From assembly GCA_030390025.1 (NCBI GenBank), contig CM059432.1:71548001-71612000 (forward strand): 64,000 nucleotides of DNA, read 5' to 3'. The stretch comes from Squalus acanthias. Its lineage: Eukaryota. Each line of letters begins with the position of its first letter. Position 1 is the stretch's first letter. Shown here piece after piece: positions 61,831 through 64,000 of this stretch. The notes under the pieces are model-generated. The model ran no database searches. It had not been told where the DNA came from and worked only from the letters and a program-made list of their open reading frames with translations. The translations under genes were made by a program, and so were the position numbers.

Positions 61831-63717
61831 GCTTGGCAGCAAAATGGATTACAGGTCTCTCCAGGCTGAGATTCAAGGCTGCAATGAGCAGGGTGTGGCT
61901 GGGGAGCAAGTGGCCCCCCCCCCCCGCTTTAAGAAGTGGCCGGCGCCAGTGTGTCTGTGTTCCCTCGCTAACTGGCAGCAGCTGCGCTGCGCTCGTGCGC
62001 TGAGTTAGCGCCTCACTCCTTGGCCTTTGCGCCTTAAGACAGGTGTGCCGCGCCTGCTTTAGCGCTCCACTCACCTCCCGGGGCGGTAAAAGTGAAGTTT
62101 CCTGTCAGTGCCGATAATTAGCGCCAGGCGCTAATATTTGCGTCCGGACGATATTTGCGCCCCAAATGGGGCGCGACCTAATTTCTACCCCTAAAAGTTG
62201 AAAAATTAGCGCCAGGTGCTAATCAGTCTCACCTACCACAAAATTGAGTTTTAGCGCTCCAAGAGGGAAGTGGAGCACTAAATCAAGCGCTAACCACTTC
62301 TCTTAGGGCGCTAAAGTCTGAGAGCGGGGTAGTAGTGGCAGAGCGCTAAACAATTTCAAGCGTATTGTAAACGCCACTCTTTCATCACAGAGGCTGCTTC
62401 CCTCGCTTAAAGGGAAGGGCCAATGATACTGCACAAGCTAGTTGTCATCACTTCTGTTTTGCAAGGCAACCTGGGCAACTGCCATTACAGCCCTAAAGAC
62501 TTTCACAAAGTGGAGGGCTTGGACATCTTGCACCAATGAAGCATTAAAAACTTTGCACAGACTGGTGCAAATAATAAAGGTTGCACTGGCTGAAAAGCAT
62601 TCCCTTTAATTACCGCTCTCGAAGCGGCCAGCCGAGTTCACTGGCGTTGTCGGCGCAAGGCGATAAAGCACGGGGCGAGAGTCAATTTTCCATCCGGGGC
62701 AATAACGGGGCACTGCACTCTTTATGACGTTACGATCTGCGAGGTGCTAGAGGCCCAGGCGCTAGCGGTAACAGGCACTGAAGTTCACGGGCGTCGCTGC
62801 ATTCACCACGCCCGGCCGCTAACCCATTAACGCCCCCGCCAGGAGCTAACATACCGAATTTCTAGCTCTCTATAGTTTGTGGTGGATGTAAAATGAGAGT
62901 GCATTTTTAATTGAAATGAAGTTGTGCACAAATAATATGCAGATGCATTTTGACATGATTTACGCTGTGAGTTTAAAATCAGAATCACTCACTGACTGAT
63001 GTCCAATTTAGATAATTTCCTTGAATATTTTTATAACTTCAGAGCAGGAACACAATATTGCATTAATAGATGCCCTGCTTTGCCTGTGGTAATATGATTG
63101 TGCTGTGACTTTATTACTGATGAATCACTACAATGGCTATCAGCTATTAATTCTCCTTACAATCTTATATAATAAAATAGATCTTCATGATCTTACTGAA
63201 GGGCATTTCTCTACAAAATGACTATGTGGAATTTGTTGCCATCATGTATTTTATGTAGAAAGTTTTATTCAGTGATGTCCTGAATAGGGAACACTCTCCT
63301 CGTCTTACTTTATCACATAAAAGATTATGTTTGTCAGTCCAACTGTTTTCAGCTATTTCATTGGTCCATGTTAATTACTAGACTGGTTTTCAAGGACCCA
63401 TCAGATGCAAGTGCTGCACTCTCCAGCCTCTGCTTTGCTCCCCTACACATCTGTGTTCTATTCCCTGGACCCACCCATCTTCTGATTTCTGCTCTCCACT
63501 CTGCTGTGCTTCTGTGTTCCATTTCACTGCCTCTGCTGTGCTCTGCTCATCGCCCTTCCAGCCCAGTCGAGCCCAGATGCCACACTCTCACACCCCAACT
63601 CCCAGTTTCATTCCCAGCCAGGCTGGAGGGAAAGTCATTGATGAAGCAGCTGAAGATGGTTGGGCGCAGGATGCTGCTCTGAGGAACTCCTGCAGCAATG
63701 CCCTGGGGATGAGATGG

Positions 63718-63925
63718 TTAAATCTGAGGCTGCCAACCTCATTAAAATATTTAAATTACCAACCTGCCTCCTGAGAGTGGGTTGGCTGCCCGCCCCTTGT
63801 TCCGCCATGGTTAAACCCGGATGTGGGTGGGTTGGATGTGGGTTGGGATCAGGGTTCAGATTTTTTAAACTTTAACATCTGTTCTGACACCAACCCACCT
63901 GTTTTTGGCTGTTAAAATTCAGCTC
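63718..63925. mobile_element. Right end of a 3412-6400 family MITE
   Basis: Matches 6195-6400 (CCTCATTAAAATAT, AAACCCGGA..TGGG, AAAATTC). Confidence 0.6.
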
Positions 63926-64000
63926 CCTGTTGTCAACTCCTCCCATCACATTATCGATGATTGGAAGTAGGCTGATATGACGGTAATTGGCCGGTTGGAT

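Larger units (their letters stand above)
57879..62191 (+). mobile_element. Full-length, young two-gene Harbinger transposon ('element 1', 4313 bp)
   Basis: TIRs GGGGTAAAAATT / AATTTCTACCCC, TSD TAA (57876-57878, 62192-62194). CpG-rich subtermini with repeated TTAGCGCC/GGCGCTAA. Confidence 0.96.
53217..62868 (-). mobile_element. Host Harbinger MITE (~720 bp reconstructed) split by two large Harbinger insertions
   Basis: Ends share AGAAATTCGGTAT and are flanked by TCTA on both sides. Joining 53217-53254 + 57871-57878 + 62195-62868 gives a sequence colinear with 4625-4790. Confidence 0.8.

Noticed and set aside
53255-62191. Tandem duplication or haplotype mis-assembly of a single element
   Set aside because: The copies differ throughout (termini, UTRs, synonymous sites), and each has its own TAA TSD separated by host sequence.

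Overview
Repeat-dominated vertebrate genomic DNA. The repeat repertoire (CR1 and L2-tail LINEs, Deu-domain SINE, Penelope-type terminal hairpins, PIF/Harbinger families) suggests a cartilaginous fish; this is an inference. No host protein-coding exon could be supported. The main structure is a Harbinger nest at 53217-62868. There, two ~4.3-4.6 kb two-gene Harbinger transposons (DDE transposase on +, 3-exon Myb/SANT partner on -) sit in the same orientation at TAA sites 8 bp apart, inside the subterminal region of a related MITE. The copy at 57879-62191 has an intact 386-aa transposase, and its partner gene is broken only by a G9 homopolymer. The copy at 53255-57867 was disrupted by a Penelope insertion carrying a hammerhead-ribozyme motif. 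Other notable items: an apparently end-swapped MITE, a MITE>solo-LTR>MITE nest, several minimal hammerhead motifs, a Harbinger derivative family that captured a Penelope hairpin, MITEs with three conserved splice donors, a UUCG-hairpin minisatellite, templated duplications at retroelement junctions and two candidate enhancers.
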